A DNA stretch of 64,000 nucleotides from contig NIVC01001465.1 of assembly GCA_002269645.1 (NCBI GenBank), forward strand, positions 62,001-126,000, in the 5' to 3' direction. Made by a program: the position numbers and the translations under genes. The stretch is from Macrostomum lignano. Lineage: Eukaryota. Under the pieces are notes generated by a model. That model saw only the letters and a program-made list of their open reading frames with translations, was not told where the DNA came from and made no database searches. Positions within the stretch are counted from its first letter, which is position 1, and every line of letters begins with the position of its first letter. This document shows, piece by piece, positions 39,401-52,419 of the stretch.

Positions 39401-40882
39401 AGGAATACATTGATTTCTGCACTCGAGGAATACATTGATTCTGCACTCGAGGAATACATTGAATTCTGCACTCGAGGAATACATTGATTTCTGCACTCGA
39501 GGAATACATTGATTTCTGCACTCGAGGAATACATTGATTCTGCACTCGAGGAATACATTGATTTCTGCACTCGAGGAATACATTGATTTCTGCACTCGAG
39601 GAATACATTGAATTCTGCACTCGAGGAATACATTGATTTCTGCACTCGAGGAATACATTGATTTCTGCACTCGAGGAATACATTGATTTCTGCACTCGAG
39701 GAATACATTGATTTCTGCACTCGAGGAATACATTGATTTCTGCACCCGAAGGAATACATTGATTTCTGCACTCGAGGAATACATTGATTTCTGCACTCGA
39801 GGAATACATTGATTTCTGCACCCGAAGGAATACATTGATTTCTGCACTCGAGGAATACATTGAATTTCTGCACTCGAGGAATACATTGATTTCTGCACTC
39901 GAGGAATACATTGATTTCTGCACTCGAGGAATACATTGATTTCTGCACTCGAGGAATACATTGATTTCTGCACTCGAGGAATACATTGAATTCTGCACTC
40001 GAGGAATACATTGATTTCTGCACTCGAGGAATACATTGATTTCTGCACTCGAGGAATACATTGATTTCTGCACTCGAGGAATACATTGATTCTGCACTCG
40101 AGGAATACATTGAATTCTGCACTCGAGGAATACATTGATTTCTGCACTCGAGGAATACATTGATTTCTGCACTCGAGAAATACATTGATTTCTGCACTCG
40201 AGGAATACATTGAATTCTGCACTCGAGGAATACATTGATTTCTGCACTCGAGGAATACATTGATTTCTGCACTCGAGAAATACATTGATTTCTGCACTCG
40301 AGGAATACATTGAATTCTGCACTCGAGAAATACATTGATTTCTGCACTCGAAGAATACATTGAATTCTGCACTCGAGGAATACATTGATTTCTGCACTCG
40401 AGGAATACATTGAATTCTGCACTCGAGGAATACATTGATTTCTGCACTCGAAGAATACATTGATTTCTGCACTCGAGGAATACATTGAATTCTGCACTCG
40501 AAGAATACATTGAATTCTGCACTCGAGGAATACATTGATTTCTGCACTCGAGGAATACATTGAATTCGGCACTCGAGGAATACATTGATTTCTGCACTCG
40601 AGGAATACATTGATTTCTGCACTCGAGGAATACATTGATTTCTGCACTCGAGGAATACATTGATTTCTGCACTCGAGGAATACATTGATTTCTGCACTCG
40701 AAGAATACATTGAATTCTGCACTCGAGGAATACATTGATTTCTGCACTCGAGGAATACATTGATTTCTGCACTCGAGGAATACATTGATTTCTGCACTCG
40801 AGGAATAAATTGATTTCTGCACTCGAGGAATACATTGATTTCTGCACTCGAGGAATACATTGATTTCTGCACTCGAGGAATA
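33497..40882. repeat. 25-bp satellite array (GA(T/A)TTCTGCACTCGAGGAATACATT), about 7.4 kb, roughly 290-300 copies
   Basis: Highly homogeneous array with occasional 1-2-bp indels; the 2000+ aa minus-strand ORFs are artefacts of a stop-free repeat unit. Confidence 0.98.
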
Positions 40883-41354
40883 CTGCGACGTCGATTTTAT
40901 TGTTACCCTCTTGCTTTCGGCTGATTTTAGACTTCAAGAAGATCACCCCGGCAGAAACAGCTCTACGGTGACGAGCTCTGCAGACACGCGCGACAAAGAA
41001 GAGGAGCCCGCAACAGTAAGTGATCACTGATTTTGTTCCCAGGCTTAAGTGTCTGGAAGTGGGAGTCTCGGGTGACTGATCACCTCCCGAAGCAACTCTT
41101 CAAACCAATTAAGTTACCCAGAATATTGTAAAAACGAATCACGAACCCAATGAAGGTAAATGGTGTCCCGAAACCTGTTTCCATTTACTAAAATGTTTTT
41201 GTACTCGTATGTCCATCCATATGCGATTGATTCTATTGAAAGTCTATTCAACTGTTAAGGGGTCAAATTCCTAAGAACTGACCCTTTCACCCCATCAAAA
41301 CGACATTGTTTACGTGAAAATTTCCTTTAAACACAAGCGCTCCAAGAGACGAAA

Positions 41355-41990
41355 AATCTCAGACTCGGAGCAGCCTCAAGACTTTGAGTCCTCTCTAGAA
41401 CTGCCGTCCGAACGAGGCAACCTCTCAGAGGGAACGTATACCGATCGGTAAGCCTTTAACGAAATCTTTTTTCATTTGATTATAAAGAGCTGAGTCGTTT
41501 CCGGTTTTTATTGATCAGTTGATTTCTGTTCAGTTATTGACTAAAATGTCTCTATAAACCCAAGGGATTGGAAAGGATCCATTGAACCCATTCCGATACT
41601 CTTAGACGATTATTGATTTTGATTGACTTTTGGTACACTAGAGTAACAGATAGGGGCACGCGACTCCGACTGTTATTTCTAGAAGAAGACGCCCTTCCTC
41701 GGAGGACCAAAAGGATTGTTATTGAGTTGATTATATATTATTAGGCCGCATCTCTGATATGGAGTTCCGAGCTCGAGGAATACATAAACGCCAACGAATT
41801 GAAGTGATACGTTTATTAAAGTTGCTCTCGTATACGACCGACTTCAGAATTGAAGAGACGCACCCTGGAGAAAAATAAGAAGCCCACGACAGGAGGAGCG
41901 CCCTATAGGAATGCAAGAAGAGGAGTCCACAGTTTAAGTGACCACCCAATTCTCTTCCTAAACTTGCGGTCTGCAAGTGGGAGTTCGTGC
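41355..41990. repeat. Diverged paralog of the segment that flanks the 25-bp array (33180-33500 plus 40880-41090)
   Basis: Shared blocks in the same order: AATCTCAGACTCGGAGCAGCCTC, GGTAAGC, AGGGATTGGA.AGGATC, TTCTAGAAGAAGAC, CTCGAGGAATAC, AAGAAGAGGAG.CC, GTCTG.AAGTGGGAGT. Confidence 0.8.
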
Positions 41991-42007
41991 GTTTAAACAC
42001 TAAACTT

Positions 42008-42011
<4 letters not shown>

Positions 42012-42060
<49 letters not shown>
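42012..42060. repeat. (CT)n microsatellite
   Basis: Direct observation. Confidence 0.97.
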
Positions 42061-42064
<4 letters not shown>

Positions 42065-42072
42065 TCTCTGGT

Positions 42073-42306
42073 GTGCTAAAGCGAACTCTTCAGGAACAGT
42101 GTCCAGTATGTCTGGAGGAAAATTCAGACATGGTGCCAACTTGTGAATGGGGCCACCTAATATGCTTCGCCTGGGACAGCGGCGGCGACGAAAGGGTACC
42201 AACATGCCCGCTGCTTAATCTGTGGCGAGATTGCACCCGTCTTGAGGATATGTCCGGACAGGCACTGGACATGTTTTACTTGTTTCCAAATTTTAGCCCG
42301 TCTTAA
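42073..42306 (+). pseudogene. Degenerate RING-finger-like fragment
   Basis: CPVC-x9-C-x3-H-x2-C...TCPL; two expected Cys ligands are replaced (W, L). Confidence 0.35.
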
Positions 42307-42929
42307 TCTCAACCACTGCCTGGACTGCCTCAAGCCAACATTAGAAGAACTTTTACCTATCGCGGCACTAACCCCGACACATCCGGAACTGCAATTACAC
42401 CCTTAAACACTGGAAGAAACCAGAATGGAAACTCTCATCCACGCCATAAGATGTTGACCGGTTCCGGTACGCCTTGTCGAACACCGGAACGAGTTGCTAA
42501 AAATTGGATACGCCTGTCGCGATAGCCAGTACACCAGGCAACATTATAGCCAGCCAAGCCTATCAGGAAATTTGGGAGAATACAGAGGCAGCTTACATGC
42601 CGCTGCAGGGGCTATTCTGGCCAATGTCCAAACTCGTCGAAAAAATAGTGCAAGTCCGATAACGCCTACTACACCATGCCTTCTTCTGACGGACAAACTC
42701 TGACACAAACTCATAAGCGACACACCTATATGTTATAATCACCAAAAAATTATATATACACTGTTGATACAATAAACGCCGAGTATATAAAATACACCTG
42801 TTATTTGAACCCTGTTATATAAATACGGTCCAGTAAATTCCATTTGCGGCAAAATTGTTTGAATATTAAACAGCGTATCATCAAACGACGTGCCGAATTA
42901 ACCATGTTATTAAAGTACAGTGAACTGGC

Positions 42930-44400
42930 AAATTGGCAAGGCAATATGTACGAAGAAGTATCAACTGGAAGAATGACGCTGGTGGCCGTTTTGCTTCGGC
43001 TCACATCAACGTAAAGGAGACCCTCACTCCTATCCTCAGCATCCTCGCGGCCCCGGGCCGCTTCGCCAGTGCGGACATAGTCGTGTACAGCGACAGCTCG
43101 GCGGCTGTCGGTGCGCTGAACAAGCTCAGCTCGCCATGTAACGACGTAAACCGGCTCCTGCACAGGCTGTCTCTTGCCTGCGATGCGTGGGGTCTGCGGC
43201 TGCGGGCCTTTTACGTCCCAGGCGCCTTCCAGGTCCTGGCAGACCCGGCCTCTCGCCTTGCTTCAAGAAGTAGGGCGCAGAATTTTTTCTCCGCTTCTAC
43301 CGTAGCCTGCATGATTTGGCTGCTGAATCCTGCTGCATCTCGCGCCACGCGCTCTGCTCTGCCTCCACCTCTCTTTTGCTTTTGCAGGTCTGGCGCCTCC
43401 TGCCTCCCGCCTACCCGGGCCGCTCCTTCGCTTCCTCGCTGACTCCTGGGCTCCTAGTACGAGGGCATCGTACGCTTCAAACCTCGAACAGTGGCAGCGC
43501 TTCTGTGACCTCGAGGGTGTTCAGCCACTAGCGGCGTCCCCGGTGCACCTGGTCGAGTACGTGCGACGCCTGGCTAAGCGCGGCGTGGCATCTGGTAGCC
43601 TCGGTGGACACCTGGCGGCCACCAGCTGGAGCTTCAAGCTGGCGCAACTCCCCGACATCACTAAGTCCGGCCTGATCGATCTGGCAGCTAAGAGTCAAAC
43701 AAACAAGCAGCCATTCAGTCAAGCAGAAAGACCCCATCACCCCAGCGGTTCTGCTTTCACTGGAAAGCCAGGTGAACCCAAGGGAACCTGCAGAGGCCGC
43801 CTTTTGGGCCGCCGTGCTCTGCTGCTTCTGGGCGCTTCTCCGGAAAGCAAACGTCTGCGGGCGCCAATCCATTCTCGTCAGTGACACCCCGGCCGATGGT
43901 CAGTGCTGGAGGCTCCGACTTCGACAGTCGAAGACGAACCAGAGCGGACAAGACTACCAGGAGGCGGTGCTGCCAGTAATCGGAAGCCACCCACTTTTTC
44001 CTGTCCAAGCCCAGCGGCGGCATTTTCAGGCTAACAAGCTGCGGTCTGCGCCGGCGCTCACTCGGCTGTTTTGCGTCCACATCTCCGGAAGCTGGTGCCC
44101 GATGACATCGCGTCAATTCGATCGCCGCCACGCTCGTACTCTGACGGATGCGGATTGGGCGGCGACAGCTTTCTCAAGCCACTCTCTACGACGGGGTGGC
44201 GCCTGTCTGGCGTTCGACAGCGGCCTCGACGTGGAGCAGATCAAACGGCTGGGCGGCTGGCGCAACGGCGCCGTTTCACGTTACCTGCCTGCTGGCGAGC
44301 TTCTCCTCAAGCCTGCGCTGGCTGCGCTGCTGCTCGCTGCGCTTGTCCTCTGCGGCCCGGGGTCAGGGAGGTCAGGGAGGTCAAAGAGGGAGCATAGGAA
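42930..44400 (+). mobile_element. DIRS/Ngaro-type tyrosine-recombinase retrotransposon remnant (RNase H plus YR, RT missing)
   Basis: RNase H: IVVYSDSSAAVGALNK...LRAFYVPGAFQVLADPASR. YR: N-terminal WAPSTRASYASNLEQWQRFC and catalytic LLRKAN, SKTNQ, HSLRRGG, GGWR, SRYL. The YR is split across frames 43440-43884 and 43772-44440. Confidence 0.85.
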
Positions 44401-44604
44401 ACATATTTTTTTTAACCAGGCCAATGGTCGAAAAGGATAGTGGAAAAGGTGCCTAGGGGTCAAGGAAGTCGACGCGACAAAGAGGTTTCAGAGGGGTCAA
44501 GGATGTTTAGCTCGTAAACGTGTAATAGGTCAGAGTTGATCTTTGCCCCAGCCAGTTCATCTCCGCCCACAGTCACTTCATCTCGGCAAAATTGAACTGC
44601 CACT

Positions 44605-44978
44605 CTCCAGTCACTCTCCGGTCACTCTCCGGTCACTCTCCGGTCACTCTCCGGTCACTCTCCGGTCACTCTCCGGTCACTCTCCGGTCACTCTCCGGTC
44701 ACTCTCCGGTCACTCTCCGGTCACTCTCCGGTCACTCTCCGGTCACTCTCCGGTCACTCTCCGGTCACTCTCCGGTCACTCTCCGGTCACTTTCCGGTCA
44801 CTCTCCAGTCACTCTCCAGTCACTCTCCGGTCACTCTCCAGTCACTCCCCGGTCACTCTCCGGTCACACTCCGGTCACTCTCCGGTCACACTCCGGTCAC
44901 ACTCCGGTCACTCTCCGGTCACACTCCGGTCACTCCCCGTCACACTCCGGTCACTCTCCGGTCACTCTCCGGTCACTC
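44605..44978. repeat. 11-bp repeat (CCGGTCACTCT) abutting a splice donor
   Basis: Array begins directly at the GTGAGT donor at 44980 on the minus strand. Confidence 0.95.
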
Positions 44979-44980
44979 AC

Positions 44981-47900
44981 TCCTGAACTTCTCCACCTGC
45001 CGCCGGTGCATGTCCAGCATTCTGCCGACCTCATCCTTGCTGAGCCCGAGCTGCCTGTTGAGCTCCTCCTCGGCCTGGGCCTCCCCGCTGCCCTTCTCCT
45101 GCAGAAGGTCGTCACGCAGCGCCGTCAGCTGGTTGCAGTCGCGCGCGTCGCAGTCTTCGTGCATCGTCGCCAGGGCGGAGTCGCGGGCCTCCAGCGTGTC
45201 GGCTAGAGCGTCGGCCGCCCGCTCCGGGTCGCCGGTGTCGGTGCCGGCTTCGACGCGTTCGATGAGCCGGCCGACCGCGGCGGCGAGACGGCGCTCCAGG
45301 TCGGCGGCCTGGCTTTCCCGGGCCTGGCGGAGCCGCTCGGCCAGCGACTTCTTCTGGGACAGGTAGGCTGCGGGTTGGGATGGCCGAGTGACAGTGACTG
45401 GGTGACGGTGACAGAGTGCTAGGGATGGAGTGACAGGGATGGAGTGACAGGGATGGAGTGACAGGGATGGAGTGACGGGATGGAGTGCCATGCCAGGGAT
45501 GCAGTGACAGTGACAGAGTGACGCGGACGGAGTGACAGGGATGGAGTGACAGGGATGGAGTGACAGGGATGGAGTGACAGGGCTGGAGTGCCATGCCAGG
45601 GATGCAGTGACAGTGACAGAGTGACGCGGACGGAGTGACAGGGATGGAGTGACAAGGATGGAGTGACAGGGATGGAGTGACAAGGATGGAGTGCCAGGGA
45701 TGGAGTGACAGGCATAGAGTGCTATGCCAGGGATGCAGTGACAGTGACAGAGTGACGCGGACGGAGTGACAGGGATGGAGTGACAAGGATGGAGTGACAG
45801 GGGTGGAGTGACAAGGATGGAGTGCCAGGGATGGATTGCCAGGGATCGAGTGCCATGCCAGGGATGCAGTGACAGTGACAGAGTGATGCGGACGGAGTGA
45901 CAGGGATGGAGTGACAGGGATGGAGTGACAGGAATGGAGTGAAGTCAAAAATACGGTGTCTTGTGGTCATCGACGACCACAAACCATAACAGGACAGTGT
46001 CAGTGTGACTCACACTTCTCGAAGGCCTCCTTCTGTCTGAGCAGAGACTTCTGATATGCTGCCAGGATTTTCTGACGCTCGCCGTCGCTCAGCTTCTGAT
46101 CGCGGACCAGGCCGACCAGCTGCAGCCGCCGGGACTCCATCAGCTGCTCGATGCTGTAAGTGGCCTCCTCGTCTGCCGCCATCTGCTGGGCCAGCAGCTG
46201 CCGACGGCGAGCCAGGGCCGCCTCCATGTCGGCGCACTGACGGAGCCGCTGGTTGGCCAGCCGGCCTTCCATCCTGGCAACCCCGGCCTGTGGGATGGGG
46301 GAGCGAATTGGGAGTCTGGGAGTTCGCCTCACGAGTGCCTGTAGCCTGTAACCTATAGTCTGTAGCCTGTAGCCTCTAGTCTGTAGTCTGTAACCTATAG
46401 TCTGTAGCCTGTAACCTATAGTCTGTAGCCTGTAACCCATAGTCTGTAGCCTGTAACCCATAGTCTGTAGCCTGTAACCTGTAGTCTGTAGCCTGTACCC
46501 CATAGTCTGTAGCCTGTAACCCATACTCGTAGTCTGTAGCCCTGTAGCCTGTACCCCATAGTCTGTAGCCTGTAACCCATACTCGTAGTCTGTAGCCCTG
46601 TATCCTGTAACCTCTAGTCTGTAGGCTGTGGCCTATAACCTGTAGCCTACGAGATAACCTATAACCTATAGGCTGCAACCTATAACCTGTAGCCTATAGC
46701 CTGGAATATCGGGGCAGTCAACCTCAGCCAATAGCCAGTACAGCTATAAGTTCCAGCCTGTAAGCTCATGGCCACCAGAGAAGTGTTCAGACATTTGAAA
46801 CGTCATCAAAGCATCGCCCTTCCCGCTCCTCACCTTCAGGCCGGCCATCAGAGCGTCCGCCTTCTCGGCGCCGAGCTTCGGCAGGCCAGACAGCCGGCGC
46901 CGCAGCCGCGCCATCTCCTGCTGCGCCGCTGAGTCCAGCCGGGCGGACCGCTTCGCCTCCTTCTCCGACGCCGCCTCTGCCTCCTCCGCCGCGACCACCG
47001 TGGCATCTGTCGACGAGCTCCGAGACAGTTGACGCTTCTTGCGCTCCTCCCGGGCCGCGGCGAGCTCTTCCTCGACCCTGGCCTGGGCGCCGGCCAGCTG
47101 GTCCGTGTGCTCGGCCAGCAGCCTCCGCCGAGTGTCCTCGTCGATGTCACCGGCGGTTCAGCAGCGACCCGGTCAGCTGCCACAAGCCCAGCAGTCGGGC
47201 GCGCCAGAGGTCCCGTTCTTGGCGGGCCGTGGCGGCCCAGTCCTGCTGCAGCAGCTCCTGCTCCCCCTCCTGCCTGCGGGTGGGTGTTGCGGTGCCAAAC
47301 TGGCTTGGCTGGGCCCCAACCTAATACCGGACACCCCAATCTAATACCGGAAACCCCAATCTAATACCGGACGCCCCAATCTAATACCAGACACCCCAAT
47401 CTAATACCGGACACCCCAATCTAATACCAGGCACCCCAATCTAATACCGGACACCCCAATCTAATAACAGACACCCCAATCTAATACCGGACACACCAAC
47501 ATACCAGACACTCCAATCTAATACCGGACACCCCAATCTAATACCAGACACCCCAATCTAATACCGGACACCCCAATCTAATACCAGACACCCCAATCTA
47601 ATACCGGACACTCCAACATACCAGACACTCCAATCTAATACCGGACACCCCAATCTAATACCGGACACCCCAATCTAATACCGGACACCCCAATCTAATA
47701 CCGGACACCCCAATCTAATACTGGACACCCCAATCTAATACCGGACACCCCAATCTAATACCGGACACCCCAATCTAATACCAGACACCCCAATCTAATA
47801 CCGGACACTCCAACATACCAGACACTCAATCTAATATCGGAAACCCCAATCTAATACCGGACACCCCAATCTAATACCGGACACCCCAATCTAATACCGG

Positions 47901-48575
47901 ACACCCCAATCTAATACCGGACACCCCAATCTAATACCAGACACCCCAATCTAATACCAGACACTCCAACATACCAGACACTCAACCTAATACCGGAAAC
48001 CCCAATCTAATACCCGACACCCCAATCTAATACCGGACACCCCAATCTAATACCGGACACTCCAACATACCAGACACTCAACCTAATACCGGAAACCCCA
48101 ATCTAATACCCGACACCCCAATCTAATACCGGACACCCCAACCTAATACCGGAAACCCCAATCTAATACCGGAAACCACAATCTAATACCGGACACCCCA
48201 ACCTAATACCGGAAACCCCAATCTAATACCGGACACTCCAACATACCGGACACCCCAATTCTTTGAATTGAAACTCAAATACATGCATAACTATAATGGA
48301 CACCCAAATCTAACATTGAACACCCGGTCAAATCGCTGGCTCCACAATGTGATGCCGGAAACCTTGAGTATCTCATGGCGGACACCCTGATATTACAGTT
48401 GTGTTGGACACAGACTGTTCAATTCTCCGTGATATTCTGAAGCCTGCAGCATTTCGTACGCCAACCATGGGGATTCTGATTCACTGCCCAGCACCAGCCC
48501 ATCCCGGACTCACTCTGTAACCTGCGCAATCGCGTCAATCATCGCCAGCCGCTCGGCCACCTGTTGACCATCAGC
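44981..48575 (-). CDS. Multi-exon alpha-helical/coiled-coil protein (partial); exons 48575-48514, 47273-46834, 46287-46014, 45367-44981
   Basis: GC-rich E/R/L/A/Q-rich frames joined by GT-AG junctions with matching phases (2, 0, 1). One extra base near 47150 (AACCGCCGGTGA) breaks the second exon. The resemblance to EVC/EVC2-like proteins is an impression only. Confidence 0.72.
45388..45940. repeat. Intronic mosaic repeat, 14-bp core GTGACAGGGATGGA
   Basis: Starts about 20 bp from the acceptor at 45368. Confidence 0.92.
46340..46700. repeat. Intronic ~21-bp repeat (GTAGCCTGTAACCTATAGTCT)
   Basis: Degenerate tandem units between exons. Confidence 0.88.
47320..48260. repeat. Intronic 20-bp minisatellite (CTAATACCGGACACCCCAAT)
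   Basis: About 45 copies with 17-bp variants. Confidence 0.95.
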
Positions 48576-48904
48576 CTGCAGCAGCCACAGCCGGCCCAGG
48601 ACGCCGTCCTCCCCCGCCTTGCCAGATCCGACTTCCGCCGTCGGGGGAACCAGCGACCTCCGGCTGTTGCGAGCCGCTTCCTGCGAAGCCTCCGATCGGC
48701 TGTTCCGCATGGAGCGCATTCGCAGGGAACTGCCGGATGTTGCCGACGCCCGGCGGAGGCTCTGAATCGGGTGGCGGCACAAACTCTCGATTCCTTAGTC
48801 CAGGGGTGGCCAACTCCGGCCCGCAAAGTCTCTCTATCCGGCAATCGGGTCCTTGGACACTTTAGACTGGCGATCCGGCCCGCTCAAGGATTGTCTCTTC
48901 TTAG

Positions 48905-50960
48905 TCATCTCCTCTCATGATCTCCTCTCCTCTCCTATCTCCTCTCATCTCCTCTCTCCTCTCCTATCTCCTCTCTCCTCTCTCCTCTCCTATCTCCTCT
49001 CTCCTCTCTCCTCTCCTATCTCCTCTCATCTCCTCTCTCCTCTCATCTCCTCTCTCCTCTCCTAGCTCCTCTCATCTCCTCTTTCCTCTCCTATCTCCTC
49101 TCATCTCCTCTCTCCTATCCTATCTCCTCTCTCCTCTCTCCTCTCCTATCTCCTCTCATCTCCTCTCTCCTCTCCTATCTCCTCTCATCTCCTCTCTCCT
49201 CTCCTATCTCCTCTCATCTCCTCTCTCCTCTCCTATCTCCTCTCTCCTCTCCTATCTCCTCTCATCTCCTCTCTCCTCTCCTATCTCCTCTCATCTCCTC
49301 TCTCCTCTCCTATCTCCTCTCATCTCCTCTCTCCTCTCCTATCTCCTCTCATCTCCTCTCTCCTCTCCTATCTCCTCTCTCCTCTCCTATCTCCTCTCAT
49401 CTCCTCTCTCCTCTCCTATCTCCTCTCATCTCCTCTCTCCTCTCCTATCTCCTCTCATCTCCTCTCTCCTCTCCTATCTCCTCTCTCCTCTCTCCTCTCA
49501 TATCTCCTCTCATCTCCTCTCTCCTCTCCTATCTCCTCTCTCCTCTCTCCTCTCCTATCTCTTCTCTCCTCTCCTATCTCTTCTCTCCTCTCCTATCTCC
49601 TCTCTCCTCTCTCCTCTCCTATCTCTTCTCTCCTCTCCTATCTCTTCTCTCCTCTCCTATCTCCTCTCTCCTCTCCTATCTCCTCTCATCTCCTCTCTCC
49701 TCTCATCTCCTCTCTTCTCCTCTCTCCTCTCCTATCTCCTCTCTTCTCCTATCTCCTCTCCTATCTCCTCTCTTCTCCTATCTCCTCTCTCCTCTCATTT
49801 TCCATCTCCTCTCCTGATCTCCTCTCCTCTCCTATCTCCTCTCCTCTCCTATCTCCTCTCCTCTCCTATCTCCTCTCCTCTCCTATCTCCTCTCCTCTCC
49901 TATCTCCTCTCCTCTCCTATCTCCTCTCCTCTCCTATCTCCTCTCCTCTCCTATCTCCTCTCCTCTCCTATCTCCTCTCCTCTCCTATCTCCTCTCCTCT
50001 CCTATCTCCTCTCCTATCTCCTCTCTTCTCCTATCTCCTCTCTCCTCTCATTTTCCATCTCCTCTCCTGATCTCCTCTCCTCTCCTATCTCCTCTCCTCT
50101 CCTATCTCCTCTCCTCTCCTATCTCCTCTCCTCTCCTATCTCCTCTCCTCTCCTCTCTCCTCTCATCTCCTCTCACCTCTCCTGATCTCCTCTCATCTCC
50201 TCTCTCCTCTCATCTCCTCTCTCCTCTCCTATCTCCTCTCATCTCCTATCTCCCCTCATCTCCTCTCTCCTCTCCTATCTCCCCTCATCTCCTCTCTCCT
50301 CTCCTATCTCCTCTCATCTCCTCTCTCCTCTCCTATCTCCTCTCATTTTCCATCTCCTCTCCTATCTCCTCTCTTCTCCTCTCTCCTCTCCTCTCTCCTC
50401 TCCTCTCCTCTCCTCTCCTATCTCCTCTCATCTCCTCTCTCCTCTCATTTCCTCTCACCTCTCCTGATCTCCTCTCATCTCCTATCTCCCCTCATCTCCT
50501 CTCTCCTCTCCTATCTCCCCTCATTTCCTCTCTCCTCTCCTATCTCCCCTCATCTCCTCTCTCCTCTCCTATCTCCTCTCATCTCCTCTCTCCTCTCCTA
50601 TCTCCTCTCTTCTCCTCTCTCGTCTCCTCTCTCCTCTCCTCTCCTCTCCTCTCTCCTCTCATTTTCTATCTCCTCTTATCTCGTCTCTCCTCTCCTATTT
50701 CCTCTTTCTTCTCTTATCTCCTCTCTCCTCTCATATCTCCTCTCATCTCCTCTCTCCTCTCCTGCTCTCCTCTCATCTCCTCTCATCTATTCTCCTATCT
50801 CCTCTCTCCTCTTCTCTCTTTTCTCCTTCTCCTCTCCCCTTCTCTCTCCTCTCATCTTATCTCCTTTCTTCTCACTCATTTCTTCTCTCATAGGCTGTCT
50901 CTTGACACTCATCTCTCCTCTCTTCTGTCATCTGTCATCTCCTCGTTCTTCTCTCTCCCC
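48905..50960. repeat. Polypyrimidine low-complexity repeat (CTCCT/CTCCTAT/CTCAT units), about 2 kb
   Basis: Almost pure C/T strand. Confidence 0.96.
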
Positions 50961-51769
50961 ATCCCCTCTCTTTTCCACTCCTAGCTGACCCGCAGTCAAG
51001 AGCTGGATTGTTTATCTGGTCCTAGAGGTAAAAATTTTGCCGGCCCCTGCCTTAGGCATTTCAAGCCGACTCAAAATTAGCGATTTCTGAGACTGTCAGC
51101 TGAGCCAAAACTGAACAAAATGCTCCACCGTTTTAATCATTTAATAAACTGAATTGTAATCAAATCGGTGCCAAAAAAACACTATTAAAACAAATTCAAA
51201 TCACTGTTGAAATACCTTTGAACGCATTATAAAAGTAGGACTTCTAACATTCTTATTCTTCTCTTATTAAACTATTTTAGGCACTTTAATGTGCTTTAAA
51301 GTATTGTGTGTGGAAGGCTTTCAACAAATTTGGCATTGACCAATCATGCCAATTGGCGAGACTGCACCGTTATGTTATCTTCCGAGTTTGGACGGCTGAT
51401 TTACAATATTCTGCCAGTTTGTATGCTAATAAACAAGATGCTTTTTTCTAAAAGAAATTGTTAACAGCTTGTCGACACACGGATTGCTTAAATTGTAACA
51501 TAATTCAAAACCGTTCAGAAAGCTCAACTGGATTTTTGCGGCTCAGGGTTGTAAGCTGCAGGGGAGGGGCATAATTGCCCCCACAAATATGCTGCTCCAC
51601 AAAAACTAAATGAAAGGGGCAACAAAAGTTAACGAATGACAGGAGCTCAATTTTTGCTACCTCTTGGATGTGGCATCCACCGACCTACATGTAGGAGACA
51701 CGGTATGGGCACAATTAGGGCGCGCCTACCAAGAGACTAGAGCGACCACAAAAAAGACGGGCGCCCGCT

Positions 51770-52370
51770 AAAATACAGGGGGCGCCCACTAAGATACAGG
51801 GGGCGCCCACTAAGATACAGGGGGGCGCCCACTAAGATACAGGGGGGGCGCCCACTAAGATACAGGGGGGCGCCCACTAAGATACAGGGGGGCGCCCACT
51901 AAGATACAGGGGGCGCCCACTAAGATACAGGGGGCGCCCACTAAGATACAGGGGGGCGCCCACTAAGATACAGGGGGCGCCCACTAAGATACAGGGGGCG
52001 CGAGAGACAGGGGCGCCCTCCGAGAGACAGGGGCGCCCTCCCAGAAACATGGGGCGCCCTCCCAGAAACATGGGGCGCTCTCCAAGAGACAGGGGCCCTC
52101 TCTCCAAGAGACAGGGGCGCTCTCCAAGAGACATGGGGCGCTCTCCAAGAGATAGGGGCGCCCTCCCAGAAACATGGGGCGCCCTCCAAGAGACAGGGGC
52201 GCTCTCCAAGAGACATGGGGCGCTCTCTCCAAGAGACAGGGGCGCCCTCCCAGAAACATGGGGCACCCTCCAAGAGACAGGGGCGCTCTCTCCAAGAGAC
52301 AGGGGCGCCCTCTCAGAAACATGGGGCGCCCTCTCAGAAACATGGGGCGCCCTCCAAAGGACAGGAGCGC
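51770..52370. repeat. Two adjacent related 21-23-bp repeats (GGGGGCGCCCACTAAGATACA; GGGGCGCCCTCCCAGAAACAT)
   Basis: Tandem units upstream of the PCBD exons. Confidence 0.92.
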
Positions 52371-52419
52371 TCTGCAAGAGACGGCGTATTGGTGCGTATT
52401 TGGCGTAGTGGTGTTGCAG

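Noticed and set aside
33374-41027. Giant ORFs of 2000-2465 aa on the minus strand
   Set aside because: They are translations of a 25-bp unit that lacks stops on that strand and cycles through all three frames; 25 is not a multiple of 3 and indels shift frames freely.
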